This document shows, one piece after another, positions 18,228 to 27,565 of a DNA stretch of 64,000 nucleotides. Source of the stretch: a virus; IMG/VR virus record IMGVR_UViG_3300045988_162372, one strand, 5' to 3'. Positions within the stretch are counted from its first letter, which is position 1, and the number at the start of each line of letters is the position of its first letter. The notes under the pieces are model-generated. The model worked only from the letters and a program-made list of their open reading frames with translations, was not told the DNA's origin and made no database searches. The position numbers were made by a program, and so were the translations under genes.

Positions 18228-19277
18228 TTAAATCTTGTCTTTCAAGAAATCCTTTTCAAGAACATCCTGCCCAAGATTTTCAACCATTGTTTCCCAAGTC
18301 AAATCATCAGCAATCGTGGTATCAATCCAATCGGCTATATAATAAAGTTTGTTCGAACCTGCAATCACACCGAAAAGTATAGGGTCTTTCGCCTTGTCAA
18401 CCTCTTTCTTCTTCTCAGCAGGTGTCATCTCAACAGCGTTTCCTTGTGGATCATAATGAAGGATTACATAATTGTCAAACACTTCAAGCATATCAACTTC
18501 TATCTTCTTCTTGATGATATCCAACGGAATTGTTCTTACATAATTAGCAATGTAATCCAAAGACAATGCTTTAGGACAATTCTTTGCGAATTTCACAAGT
18601 GTTTCCTCTGTAAGAACCCTATACATTCCCTTTGCATAGAGAATGGACTCGTATTTATTGATAATCAAGTTTTCAAACAGTTTTTCTTTCAATGCGGCTT
18701 GTCCAGTCTTCTCAGTATAACCTATACAAGCAACATATTCATTCAAACGGTTACGGTATTTGTTAGCTTCTTCACTACTACTCAGTTTCACATCTGCAAA
18801 GAATTTAACCACATCGAATTTCTGTATTGTTTGCTTCTCCTGTTTTTCTGCATTCTTTTTTCTGAAATATCTTTTTACTGTATTCCATAAGGTTTCTTTC
18901 TCAGGATGCTTACTCTCCCATCTGTCAACAGAAAGTACAAAGTTGTTTGCACTCATTGTAGTTTTCTCAATGTTATGACGCATCTTATCCGATAGTGTCA
19001 AGTTAAAATCCGTCATATTTTCTTTTGCATTATTTGCAAAATAGTCTCTCAACGTTTCATAGTTGATTTCAGCTAACTTGTTATCAAGCACCGTAAAGTC
19101 TTGAAGTGACATATTCTGATTAAACTCAGAATTGTACTGTTTATCCTTCTTTTTCGACGCTTTCTTCTCAGCCATTATTTTATACTTTGGAAGATCTTGA
19201 TCAAGTTTAATTGTATCAAGGAATAAATTAACCCTTGTCTGTTCTTCGTTCAAAATAGGAATTTTCTTTTTTGCCAT
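18228..19277 (-). CDS. hypothetical protein
   Basis: Start moved to MAKKKIP (19277), because the track start at 19313 overlaps the -7 box at 19311-19318. Confidence 0.6.
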   Translation of the reverse strand: MAKKKIPILNEEQTRVNLFLDTIKLDQDLPKYKIMAEKKASKKKDKQYNSEFNQNMSLQDFTVLDNKLAEINYETLRDYFANNAKENMTDFNLTLSDKMRHNIEKTTMSANNFVLSVDRWESKHPEKETLWNTVKRYFRKKNAEKQEKQTIQKFDVVKFFADVKLSSSEEANKYRNRLNEYVACIGYTEKTGQAALKEKLFENLIINKYESILYAKGMYRVLTEETLVKFAKNCPKALSLDYIANYVRTIPLDIIKKKIEVDMLEVFDNYVILHYDPQGNAVEMTPAEKKKEVDKAKDPILFGVIAGSNKLYYIADWIDTTIADDLTWETMVENLGQDVLEKDFLKDKI

Positions 19278-19310
19278 AATCAATTTAATTTTTAAAGTTT
19301 TTCTTTGCTG

Positions 19311-19318
19311 CAAAGATA
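19311..19318 (-). promoter_or_regulatory. Bacteroidetes -7 promoter box
   Basis: caaagata, 34 nt upstream of ATG 19277. Confidence 0.55.
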
Positions 19319-19431
19319 TAACAAATACCTGAATTATAGAAGTATTTTAATGTAAAAAATGTTAAAGAAGAGCAATCTTTCTTATATAAGACTACTCTTC
19401 TTCTGAAAATAAAATAATAGATTTATATTTT

Positions 19432-19674
19432 TTAATTATTCAATCTCACACATTCATTTGGAGGTAGGACTTCAAATGCTGATTCATCAAATGACCCATA
19501 TGTGCCAAATTTTATTCTTCTGCTGTTTGTTTCATTCATCACAACAGTACCCATATCTTCTTCGCTGAATAACACCACATAAGCCTTTCCATCAATAAAA
19601 TTTCTTCCCAAATAGGGATATTTTTTGGGTGTAATATTCTTATCGTTTGTCGCCATACTATTATTAAATATCAA
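19432..19674 (-). CDS. hypothetical protein
   Basis: 80 aa with a 4-nt overlap to the upstream gene. Confidence 0.5.
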   Translation of the reverse strand: MIFNNSMATNDKNITPKKYPYLGRNFIDGKAYVVLFSEEDMGTVVMNETNSRRIKFGTYGSFDESAFEVLPPNECVRLNN

Positions 19675-20225
19675 TATTTAAGATTATCCATTCTATGCAT
19701 CAAATCAGCCGCATCACTATAATCCTTTTTCTTTTTTACATCAACTGATGCCTTGTCTTTCAAAGTTTCAATTGCCTTCAAGAAAGCATTATTAAACTCG
19801 TCCTCAGTACATTTGTTCTCGAATATGTCACTAAGGGTTATATATGATGACATACTACTAACTCTCAGAACGTGTTCGTCATTTACGTTTTCTATAACAC
19901 TCACTATGTCGGCAACAACAGCATTATGCCTAAAATCTGAAACCGATAGAATCTTAATGTAACGTTTGGACTGATTATCTTTATTGCATAGACAAGTATC
20001 TACCAAATTAACATTGTTCTTGATAATATATGCTTGATATGCACTCTCTTTCGCTTCACGTAGTGAATGGAGTGCATCATAAATCTCGTTTTGTTTCTTG
20101 TCATTTTCCTTTAACAAGATTATATTGGCATTGATTTTCTCATTCAATTCTTCAATAGACATATCATTTATGCCCTTACTGCAACTTTTTGTATCACATA
20201 CTTTTGCACAAACTTTATCACTCAT
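19671..20225 (-). CDS. hypothetical protein
   Basis: 184 aa ORF. Confidence 0.55.
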   Translation of the reverse strand: MSDKVCAKVCDTKSCSKGINDMSIEELNEKINANIILLKENDKKQNEIYDALHSLREAKESAYQAYIIKNNVNLVDTCLCNKDNQSKRYIKILSVSDFRHNAVVADIVSVIENVNDEHVLRVSSMSSYITLSDIFENKCTEDEFNNAFLKAIETLKDKASVDVKKKKDYSDAADLMHRMDNLKY

Positions 20226-20266
20226 TTTTAATATAATTTATATAAATCGTTATTATTTATGCTATC

Positions 20267-21463
20267 TCAATCTTGGAAATGCTTTATTCCGCCTTCATAA
20301 TCATTTATAGCGCAATCATTTCCCTCACATTCCTCATCCCAAGATTTGAAATGACGAATGGTTGATTTTCCATAATCATCATCTGTTGAAGATGATACAA
20401 AATCAGGAAAATGGTCTGAAGTCATACTTGTATTACATGAATCCGTAAAAGATTTTCCTATATTATTATTGAACTCATACATTTCTTCAAAACTTTTCAA
20501 TGCTTCTGCTATTGTTGTAGTTTCACTGATAAGCTTAGAATGCATAAAGTTATAAAAACTCTCATATTTCTCTTTATTATCCTTTTTCATAGGTTTATCG
20601 TCTTCATTTGTTTTAATATTATATTTTACTTTCAATTCATCATTATATTTTGTATTATTTCTTTCATAATGGCTCAAATATTGTATTATATTCTGTATTT
20701 GTTCTTTCTTTAATTCATTTAATATTTCAGAATTTTCAACAACATCTAAGAACATATGATTCTTTGCATTCCTAACAAATATCCTGCAAAGTTCGTATTG
20801 GGTTATTGTGTCTTCTGGTGCAGTAAAAACGGTTCCAATATTTGACAGAAACGTTTCTATGTCTGGAATGACTTCCTTAACAATCACGGAACTATCTCTA
20901 ACAGTAAAAGCAAAATTGCGTAATAAGCCAAAAATGATGCCAATTTGCGAATAATATAATTCTTGCCATTTTGGAATTGTTAGCTTATTGGATACATAAT
21001 AATCTTTTAACGCTTTATTTAAAAGAACAAATCCCTCCATTTGCTCCCTTATTTTCATATTTAAATCCAAATAGGCTTCTTGTTCTAACTTGCCATCTGT
21101 CAACATTACTTTAAATGTATAATTATGTATGTAAATGCTCTTAAATCTATATATGTCTTTTCCTTTCCTATAAAATTCAGACATCTTATCAGAATTTATT
21201 TGCAAAAACATATCATTTTTTTCTTCTGCGAACTTTTCCAATTCGAATTTAATAATTGCAATATGTTCATCTATCTTATTCTCTGTTTCCTTCCATAAAT
21301 GTGATATTTCTACCGTTGAACGTTCAAGTGATGTAAGCTCTCTTTCCTTATATTGAGAGAACAAATCATGATAGAAGTTATCATTGACAAATTCTTCATA
21401 ATTAGAAGATGGCTTCGGTATCATAGCCTCCGTACTTGCCATATCATTAAAAATTTCTTCCAT
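20267..21463 (-). CDS. hypothetical protein
   Basis: Start moved to MEEIFNDM (21463), because the track start overlaps the -7 box at 21492-21499. Confidence 0.6.
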   Translation of the reverse strand: MEEIFNDMASTEAMIPKPSSNYEEFVNDNFYHDLFSQYKERELTSLERSTVEISHLWKETENKIDEHIAIIKFELEKFAEEKNDMFLQINSDKMSEFYRKGKDIYRFKSIYIHNYTFKVMLTDGKLEQEAYLDLNMKIREQMEGFVLLNKALKDYYVSNKLTIPKWQELYYSQIGIIFGLLRNFAFTVRDSSVIVKEVIPDIETFLSNIGTVFTAPEDTITQYELCRIFVRNAKNHMFLDVVENSEILNELKKEQIQNIIQYLSHYERNNTKYNDELKVKYNIKTNEDDKPMKKDNKEKYESFYNFMHSKLISETTTIAEALKSFEEMYEFNNNIGKSFTDSCNTSMTSDHFPDFVSSSTDDDYGKSTIRHFKSWDEECEGNDCAINDYEGGIKHFQD

Positions 21464-21491
21464 GTTTAATTGTATTTCTTTTTTTATACTG

Positions 21492-21499
21492 CAAATATA
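21492..21499 (-). promoter_or_regulatory. Bacteroidetes -7 promoter box
   Basis: caaatata, 29 nt upstream of ATG 21463. Confidence 0.5.
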
Positions 21500-21542
21500 C
21501 AACTTTCCAAACGGACTTCCAAATTATTTTGAAGAAATTTAT

Positions 21543-22604
21543 TCAAATTAATGCACTATCATACTCATTTACAACATCAAAAGCTTGTCTGAACTCTTTC
21601 ACTCTATCCATTTCATCGCAATGTGTAAGTTCAAGTTCAAATTTATATCCTTTAGCATCATTGTTTATCCTATTTTTTAAGGATGAGATGTCTAATTTGC
21701 CATATCTAAAAATACCTTGATTTTCATTATAATGGTTTGTCCTATCCTCTTTTATATCTTTTGATAACTCTTGTCTTTGCGTATGATTTTCCATCTCACC
21801 ATCACCGTGCCTAGTAAGATACGGTCTGGTTACATAATGCGCTGTAACTTCTTCAACGTTCTTAATTTGTTTTACTATTTCCAAAGAATATGCTATACCA
21901 GTATTAGACGGCGTAGTATCAGCAGTATCTTTCCCTGTATCAGAAAGTAATAATCCTTGACCATTTTCAAAGATTAAGTTCTCATATTCAAGAGTGTCAA
22001 TAGGCTGTACAATTGTTTTCTCTTTCATGAAATAACAATCATTGATAAAATGCTTTTGCAGAACTACAGAATTCCAAATAGGTAGCCATGCGCCTCTTAT
22101 CGTCAATTCTTTCTCATAGTATGCCTTAACCTTATTAAGATAGGCTATCTTATCGTCTAACCTAATGAACTCATCAAATAATAAATTTAACCCACTATTC
22201 CATCTTCTTATAGTATTCCAGATTCCCATTCCACAAGAAGCCTTTCTTTTTCTTTGCTGTTCAGAAATAAGGTTTGCCAACGCATCATAAGGAGTTGACC
22301 ATCTACATCTTGCATCCCTATATATGCGTTTTGGCTTTACAATGAGTGAATTGTATTCATTCACAAATTGGATAGGGTTAAGAATAAAAAAGCAAGAATA
22401 ATAATTGTCAGCACCGTAATATGTTCCAGCTCCAAAATGTTGGAATGTAATATTTCCATCTTCTGTTAATATAGAATGCCCCCTTTGAGAACCCCCATTA
22501 GTAAGGACATTCAATACATTGTTAGAACACTTACTATATCTTGCAACTACAGTACCTTTACCTTCATCACCATAATTTGCTCCAATTACTATCCTTGCTT
22601 TCAT
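21543..22604 (-). CDS. short adenylosuccinate-synthetase-family enzyme (PurA/PurZ-like)
   Basis: 353 aa. GDEGKG P-loop, GGSQRGH (compare GGxNAGH) and FENGQGLLL (compare FEGAQG). About 80 aa shorter than bacterial PurA. Confidence 0.65.
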   Translation of the reverse strand: MKARIVIGANYGDEGKGTVVARYSKCSNNVLNVLTNGGSQRGHSILTEDGNITFQHFGAGTYYGADNYYSCFFILNPIQFVNEYNSLIVKPKRIYRDARCRWSTPYDALANLISEQQRKRKASCGMGIWNTIRRWNSGLNLLFDEFIRLDDKIAYLNKVKAYYEKELTIRGAWLPIWNSVVLQKHFINDCYFMKEKTIVQPIDTLEYENLIFENGQGLLLSDTGKDTADTTPSNTGIAYSLEIVKQIKNVEEVTAHYVTRPYLTRHGDGEMENHTQRQELSKDIKEDRTNHYNENQGIFRYGKLDISSLKNRINNDAKGYKFELELTHCDEMDRVKEFRQAFDVVNEYDSALI

Positions 22605-22607
22605 ATA

Positions 22608-23480
22608 TTACCATCTTATTTCATCTTGTTCGTTAATCATTGTTTCAGTCTTACTTACAGATGTTGTATTATTGACTGATTCAGAAATACACTCTTCAAT
22701 TGTCTGTGCAAGATTGTTAACAGTTGAAGTCTTGAAATGAGTTCCAAGTAGCTGTCCGAATGTATTCTCAATCTCGTTTTTATGCCACCTATAGGAATCT
22801 CTCGGACTATCTACAGCAATATGGAAAACGTCATACTTTTCGCATACTTGTGAATATAATTCTTTCGTTTCGACATCTTTCTGTTCCGTTCCGTTAGTTG
22901 CAGCATTCAAATTTCTGTAAGGCAAATAAGGATTCAACGGCTCATCACCCATTGTAATGATAATACCCTTTCTTCCTTGCTTTTCAAAGCAATCCAACTT
23001 GGCATGTTTCAACCCCATATACCATGCGGCAGTATAACTTTCGTAGTTATTTCCTCCACCACCATGTTCCATATAAATCTTGTCAAGAGATTCGGCAATT
23101 CTAATATCACTTTCAAACTGTGACATTTGAATAGGTGCATCATCATATGCCAAATCGCCAATACCCATTACACAGAACTCAATATCTGTAAACTTCTCGT
23201 AGAGATTCTTGATAATCACACCAAGAGCCGATGCTACCTCTGAGCAAGCCTCTCCCATTGAACCAGTCACATCCAATGCAAGAATAACTGGAATTGTATT
23301 GGGATGCTCATCACTATTGCAACACTCCCTGATAGAGAATTTCTTTGGGTCTAATGACTCATCAATTCTTGTGGCTTTATATTCCTGACCACTAACTCTA
23401 CCAGTATCTTTATCATAACTTCTGCCAAGCGAAGTTGAATAAACTGCAAAACTACGACTTGAAAATGAACCTGCTCCCAT
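22608..23480 (-). CDS. von Willebrand factor A (vWA) domain protein
   Basis: 290 aa with the MIDAS (metal-ion-dependent adhesion site)-like motif ILALDVTGSMGE. Confidence 0.6.
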   Translation of the reverse strand: MGAGSFSSRSFAVYSTSLGRSYDKDTGRVSGQEYKATRIDESLDPKKFSIRECCNSDEHPNTIPVILALDVTGSMGEACSEVASALGVIIKNLYEKFTDIEFCVMGIGDLAYDDAPIQMSQFESDIRIAESLDKIYMEHGGGGNNYESYTAAWYMGLKHAKLDCFEKQGRKGIIITMGDEPLNPYLPYRNLNAATNGTEQKDVETKELYSQVCEKYDVFHIAVDSPRDSYRWHKNEIENTFGQLLGTHFKTSTVNNLAQTIEECISESVNNTTSVSKTETMINEQDEIRW

Positions 23481-24073
23481 TATTCTTCCTCCTCACTATC
23501 TTCTGTATTATCTTCAACATCAAAATCAAACATCCCTTCAAAAGGATTATTCTTGTTTCCCATAAACATCGACATTGCCATCATCTGTCCAAGCCCGCTG
23601 TTGGTATTGCCTGAATTTCCACCCATCATCTGGCTGAACATCATCATTTTCATCATATTTCCAAGGCCCTTACCGTTCTTGAAGGAATTGCCAAACATGG
23701 ATACAATCTTTCCATAGAAATATGTGCTGCCCATAAAAACATGTCTTTCAGGAACAACCTGACGAACCTCACTGTTTTCGTAATCAATCACTGTGATAAT
23801 CTTCTTATCAACGGCAGTAACACACTTAGGCTTGCCACCTACAAGAATAATATCGCCAACTTCTACTTTATTAGTAGGAATAACGAAAAACATTTCATCA
23901 CCAACGTTGAAACAGAAATTAGTAACATTGGTAAGCGTTCCTTTTGTTACATTGTAAGTTTTATAACCATTGCTGCACTTGACTGCAATATTACCATTCA
24001 TTGTCAAACGGCACATACCAGGTGCAACCTTTCCAAACATGCCGTTAAAACTACTTTGCAAATTTTCTAACAT
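23480..24073 (-). CDS. hypothetical protein with a Met/Gly-rich low-complexity tail
   Basis: 197 aa ending ...GNMMKMMMFSQMMGGNSGN...DSEEEE. Its stop and start overlap the vWA gene. Confidence 0.55.
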   Translation of the reverse strand: MLENLQSSFNGMFGKVAPGMCRLTMNGNIAVKCSNGYKTYNVTKGTLTNVTNFCFNVGDEMFFVIPTNKVEVGDIILVGGKPKCVTAVDKKIITVIDYENSEVRQVVPERHVFMGSTYFYGKIVSMFGNSFKNGKGLGNMMKMMMFSQMMGGNSGNTNSGLGQMMAMSMFMGNKNNPFEGMFDFDVEDNTEDSEEEE

Positions 24074-24115
24074 AAGTCTTAAATTTTAAGTGTATAATTG
24101 AATTTTTTATCACTG

Positions 24116-24123
24116 CAAAGATA
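24116..24123 (-). promoter_or_regulatory. Bacteroidetes -7 promoter box
   Basis: caaagata, 43 nt upstream of the 24073 start. Confidence 0.55.
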
Positions 24124-24178
24124 CTACTTTTCTTTTTTATATCCAAGGTTTTATCTTAAAAAATTGTTAAAAATAACA

Positions 24179-24637
24179 TTATTTTTTAAGAAGACTTCCA
24201 AGAACTTTGGAAATAATTTTACCGTTTGCTGATGGATATTTTTCTTTAACAATATTCATAAGTGGTTTCATATCTTTCATCGAAAGACTTTCTCCTGCTT
24301 TCTTGGTGAGGATATATGCTGATATACAGCCTCTCGTGTATTCTTCGATTTCTTCATCAGTCGGTTGTTCTGGAACAAACTGTTTGATAACATCAATTTC
24401 TTTTTGCTCATTATCAGCCAAATCCTTTCTTCCACCATCAATATATTGACGAATAGAGTCTTCCCTTTGTGACAGCATTTTCAAAAGAATTTTTGTTTCA
24501 GATATTTCATCCAAAGTAACACCATCTTTTTCTGCTTTTACCATCTCTGATTTAATCAGTTTCAAAACATTAAGCAATTCAATGTTTCTTTCCTTCATTG
24601 CATTTGCAATGAGTTTATCAATTTCTGTGTGTAACAT
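24179..24637 (-). CDS. GatB/YqeY-domain protein
   Basis: 152 aa with a layout typical of YqeY-like proteins (LKLIKSEM...SQREDSIRQY...GKIISKVL). Confidence 0.55.
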   Translation of the reverse strand: MLHTEIDKLIANAMKERNIELLNVLKLIKSEMVKAEKDGVTLDEISETKILLKMLSQREDSIRQYIDGGRKDLADNEQKEIDVIKQFVPEQPTDEEIEEYTRGCISAYILTKKAGESLSMKDMKPLMNIVKEKYPSANGKIISKVLGSLLKK

Positions 24638-24651
24638 AATCTTTTTATAAT

Positions 24652-25095
24652 TTAAAAATTAATCGAATAATCTAATTTTGCTCTACTATTAAGATGTACA
24701 ATAATTCTATAATCATTTCTCGCTTCTTTCGGGTAAGTCGTTTTCAGAAATTCTTTTACTTCCTTATTACCAAACAAACAAAGAACCAAAACTCCACTAT
24801 CAGTCTTGGGCATTGAATCTTCTTTAAACAGACAGATGAAATTATATTCATCATTAATATTTTCCCTAATATAAGAAGAAATCGGTATTAAAAACTTCTT
24901 CCCATTTGTTTCAATGATAATACCTTGTTCATAAGGTATTTTTGAGGCATATTTCTTAAGCGATTCATTTTTGTCGTCTCCGATAAAGAAGCATAACACA
25001 TCTTTTCCACTACCTGTCAACTGATAAATTTTTAATTCATTAGATTTACCTGTTGATTCTTCATATTCGTCATAAAAGCAAATATTTGTAAACAT
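24652..25095 (-). CDS. hypothetical protein
   Basis: 147 aa ORF. Confidence 0.5.
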   Translation of the reverse strand: MFTNICFYDEYEESTGKSNELKIYQLTGSGKDVLCFFIGDDKNESLKKYASKIPYEQGIIIETNGKKFLIPISSYIRENINDEYNFICLFKEDSMPKTDSGVLVLCLFGNKEVKEFLKTTYPKEARNDYRIIVHLNSRAKLDYSINF

Positions 25096-25120
25096 ATCAT
25101 ATAAATTTTATAATATTTTC

Positions 25121-25288
25121 TCACTTTTTCTTCTTAATTATAGGAAGATTGCCTTGTCTTTTATAATAACACAGATCACACATATTCCTTGCAACTGTCA
25201 TTCTATATCCTCGAATACTATAATAAGTGTTTGTTACATTGCATATAGGGCATTTCCATGCTTTGTGACAATAATCATTTCTTATCAT
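25121..25288 (-). CDS. small zinc-ribbon protein (55 aa)
   Basis: Hand-translated MIRNDYCHKAWKCPICNVTNTYYSIRGYRMTVARNMCDLCYYKRQGNLPIIKKKK. Overlaps the cca stop by 14 nt and is below the track cutoff. Confidence 0.4.
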   Translation of the reverse strand: MIRNDYCHKAWKCPICNVTNTYYSIRGYRMTVARNMCDLCYYKRQGNLPIIKKKK

Positions 25289-26672
25289 TTTTAAATTGTT
25301 TAATTTTATTCAATAATTCTTCCTTTGTTATCTTTGGATTGACAAACGCAAATTTCATTAGCCAATACAAACATTCCTTAACCTTTGCGCAGGGTTCAAT
25401 TCCTAACGCTTTCATTACATCATTGCCATTTACAGGTAATTTATAGTTTCCCATGCTCATACCTTCCTTCTTAAACTCTTCCAAACGTTTAATAATATTC
25501 TCTACCTGACTTGGCATACAATATTCAGGACTATGAGCATTGTTATCAGCATCAATCAATTCAAGGCACTTCATCATATTGTCCCCAAGTTCATATTGCA
25601 TTTTCCTGAGTGTCTTGTCTTTCATATGGTTACAATTATCCCCAAAGTTTTTCGTTCTCATGTGGTTTTTAACCAAAATCTGCACTGTTTTAATGAAATC
25701 ATTGGAATACTTCAAACGTCTGAGAATTGTATCGCACATCTCAGCAGAAACAAGTTCATGCTTATAGAAATGTACATTGCCATTATCATCAACAGTTCTT
25801 GTCTTGATTTTACCGATATCATGCAATAATGCTGCCATACGAAGTTGCAAATCATTCCTTGTATTCTCAACAACTTTCAATGTATGTTCCCAAACATCTC
25901 CAAAATGGTACTTGTTTTGACTGAGATTATAAGTTTTTTCCAATTCAGGAATAACATATTTCATTGCACCAATGTCTTTTATAAGGTTCAATGCCATTAC
26001 AGGATTATCGCAAACAAGCATTTTATTAAATTCATCTTGAATACGTTCTTTGGTAATAATTGAAAGTCTATCCACATTTCTTTTCATACCCTCAAAGGTT
26101 TCTTTCTCTATTTTCCATCCATAACGACTTGAGAAACGACACACCCTAAGTATCCTTAAAGGATCATCCAAAAATATCACGTCGGGTTCACTTGTTGTTC
26201 TAATTATATGATTTTTAATGTCACTATAACCCCTATCAGTTAAATCCAAATATACATTCTTTGAGATATCATAATACAAGGAATTAATTGTTAAATCTCT
26301 CCGTTTGCAATCCTCTTCAATACTTCCAAATACAACTTCTGGATTACGACTATTTTTATCCTTATATTGTTCCTTTCTTGTCTGCACAACTTCCAATTCA
26401 ATATCAGGAAACGCCGCCAATTGAAACATTGCAGTACCGTATGTAGGATATACAACTGGTTCATGTGTGAGCAACTTTTCTTTATATAACCAATTGGCAA
26501 AGTCAATACCTCCATCAGGCAAATCAATACAAAGGTCAATATCTTTTATTTCGTGTCCTAAAATCTCATCACGGACACATCCACCAACTGCAAAACAGTG
26601 GTTTTCAAACAAAGTGCCTTCAATAATGTCTTGAAGATAATCACATATCTGTATGTATAATTCGTGTGCCAT
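25275..26672 (-). CDS. cca: tRNA nucleotidyltransferase (CCA-adding enzyme) with HD domain
   Basis: 465 aa. GGCVRDEILG...DIDL polymerase-beta head motif and LLHDIGK HD motif. Confidence 0.8.
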   Translation of the reverse strand: MAHELYIQICDYLQDIIEGTLFENHCFAVGGCVRDEILGHEIKDIDLCIDLPDGGIDFANWLYKEKLLTHEPVVYPTYGTAMFQLAAFPDIELEVVQTRKEQYKDKNSRNPEVVFGSIEEDCKRRDLTINSLYYDISKNVYLDLTDRGYSDIKNHIIRTTSEPDVIFLDDPLRILRVCRFSSRYGWKIEKETFEGMKRNVDRLSIITKERIQDEFNKMLVCDNPVMALNLIKDIGAMKYVIPELEKTYNLSQNKYHFGDVWEHTLKVVENTRNDLQLRMAALLHDIGKIKTRTVDDNGNVHFYKHELVSAEMCDTILRRLKYSNDFIKTVQILVKNHMRTKNFGDNCNHMKDKTLRKMQYELGDNMMKCLELIDADNNAHSPEYCMPSQVENIIKRLEEFKKEGMSMGNYKLPVNGNDVMKALGIEPCAKVKECLYWLMKFAFVNPKITKEELLNKIKQFKNDKK

Positions 26673-26704
26673 TATTCTATTATAAAATTTTCAATATTGT
26701 TACA

Positions 26705-27229
26705 TTATCCACCGTAAACAAATATCACATTATTTTCCCAATCAAATATCTTGTAGATGAACATATAGTTAGCAATTTCTTCAATCCAAGTATAAGGATA
26801 ACATATCCTCCACTTATATTCATCAGCAATACGAGTTTCAAACACATGGTTCAATGTATCCAATTCGTATCTGTAACTTCTAACGAGTTCTTCTTTAACT
26901 TTTTCTTCATCCTTATACTTTTCTTTGAATTTCTTTTCTGTATCCATCACATTTCTTACAGCAAGCTCTATAAGATTCTTGAATTGTTCTTTGTTCATCT
27001 TGCCGTAGAAACAATCTTCTTCTATATTTAAACTTGCATTGAATAATCGGCTAACATATTTCTCATCTTCATTCAGAAGAGTTGGCATAAGACTATAAGC
27101 CGTATCATATAACATTTGTTCTTTATTTAAATCCTCTTCATAAGAAAATAATTCTTCATCAGATTTAACAGTCTGAACTTTATCTGCTAAAGTTTTAGGT
27201 ATATTATAAAAACTTAATCTAAATCCCAT
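26705..27229 (-). CDS. hypothetical protein
   Basis: 174 aa ORF. Confidence 0.55.
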   Translation of the reverse strand: MGFRLSFYNIPKTLADKVQTVKSDEELFSYEEDLNKEQMLYDTAYSLMPTLLNEDEKYVSRLFNASLNIEEDCFYGKMNKEQFKNLIELAVRNVMDTEKKFKEKYKDEEKVKEELVRSYRYELDTLNHVFETRIADEYKWRICYPYTWIEEIANYMFIYKIFDWENNVIFVYGG

Positions 27230-27236
27230 ACATATA

Positions 27237-27563
27237 CTATTTTAAATTCATTGTTCCCCATAACCATTCATTATAGGGAATGTTTTTAGCCTTATTAAAT
27301 TCATCAATATCTTTATAAATTTCTTTTTCATCAATATCATTAGGGACAAATTCAATCTCACACGGTTTTGTAATTGGCCCAAACATATTGCTTTCAACAA
27401 TATGGCCAAAATACAAGGGAGCAAAAGCTGCCATTTGTTCAAAAATGACATATTTTGGGTTAGTATCACTAAACATAATATTTTCTTGAATTGGAATACA
27501 CCAATGAAATTTGTTGGGCTTTAATCTAAAAACTTTTCCTATATCTTCTGTCGTAAGTATCAT
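27237..27563 (-). CDS. hypothetical protein
   Basis: 108 aa ORF. Confidence 0.5.
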   Translation of the reverse strand: MILTTEDIGKVFRLKPNKFHWCIPIQENIMFSDTNPKYVIFEQMAAFAPLYFGHIVESNMFGPITKPCEIEFVPNDIDEKEIYKDIDEFNKAKNIPYNEWLWGTMNLK

Positions 27564-27565
27564 GT

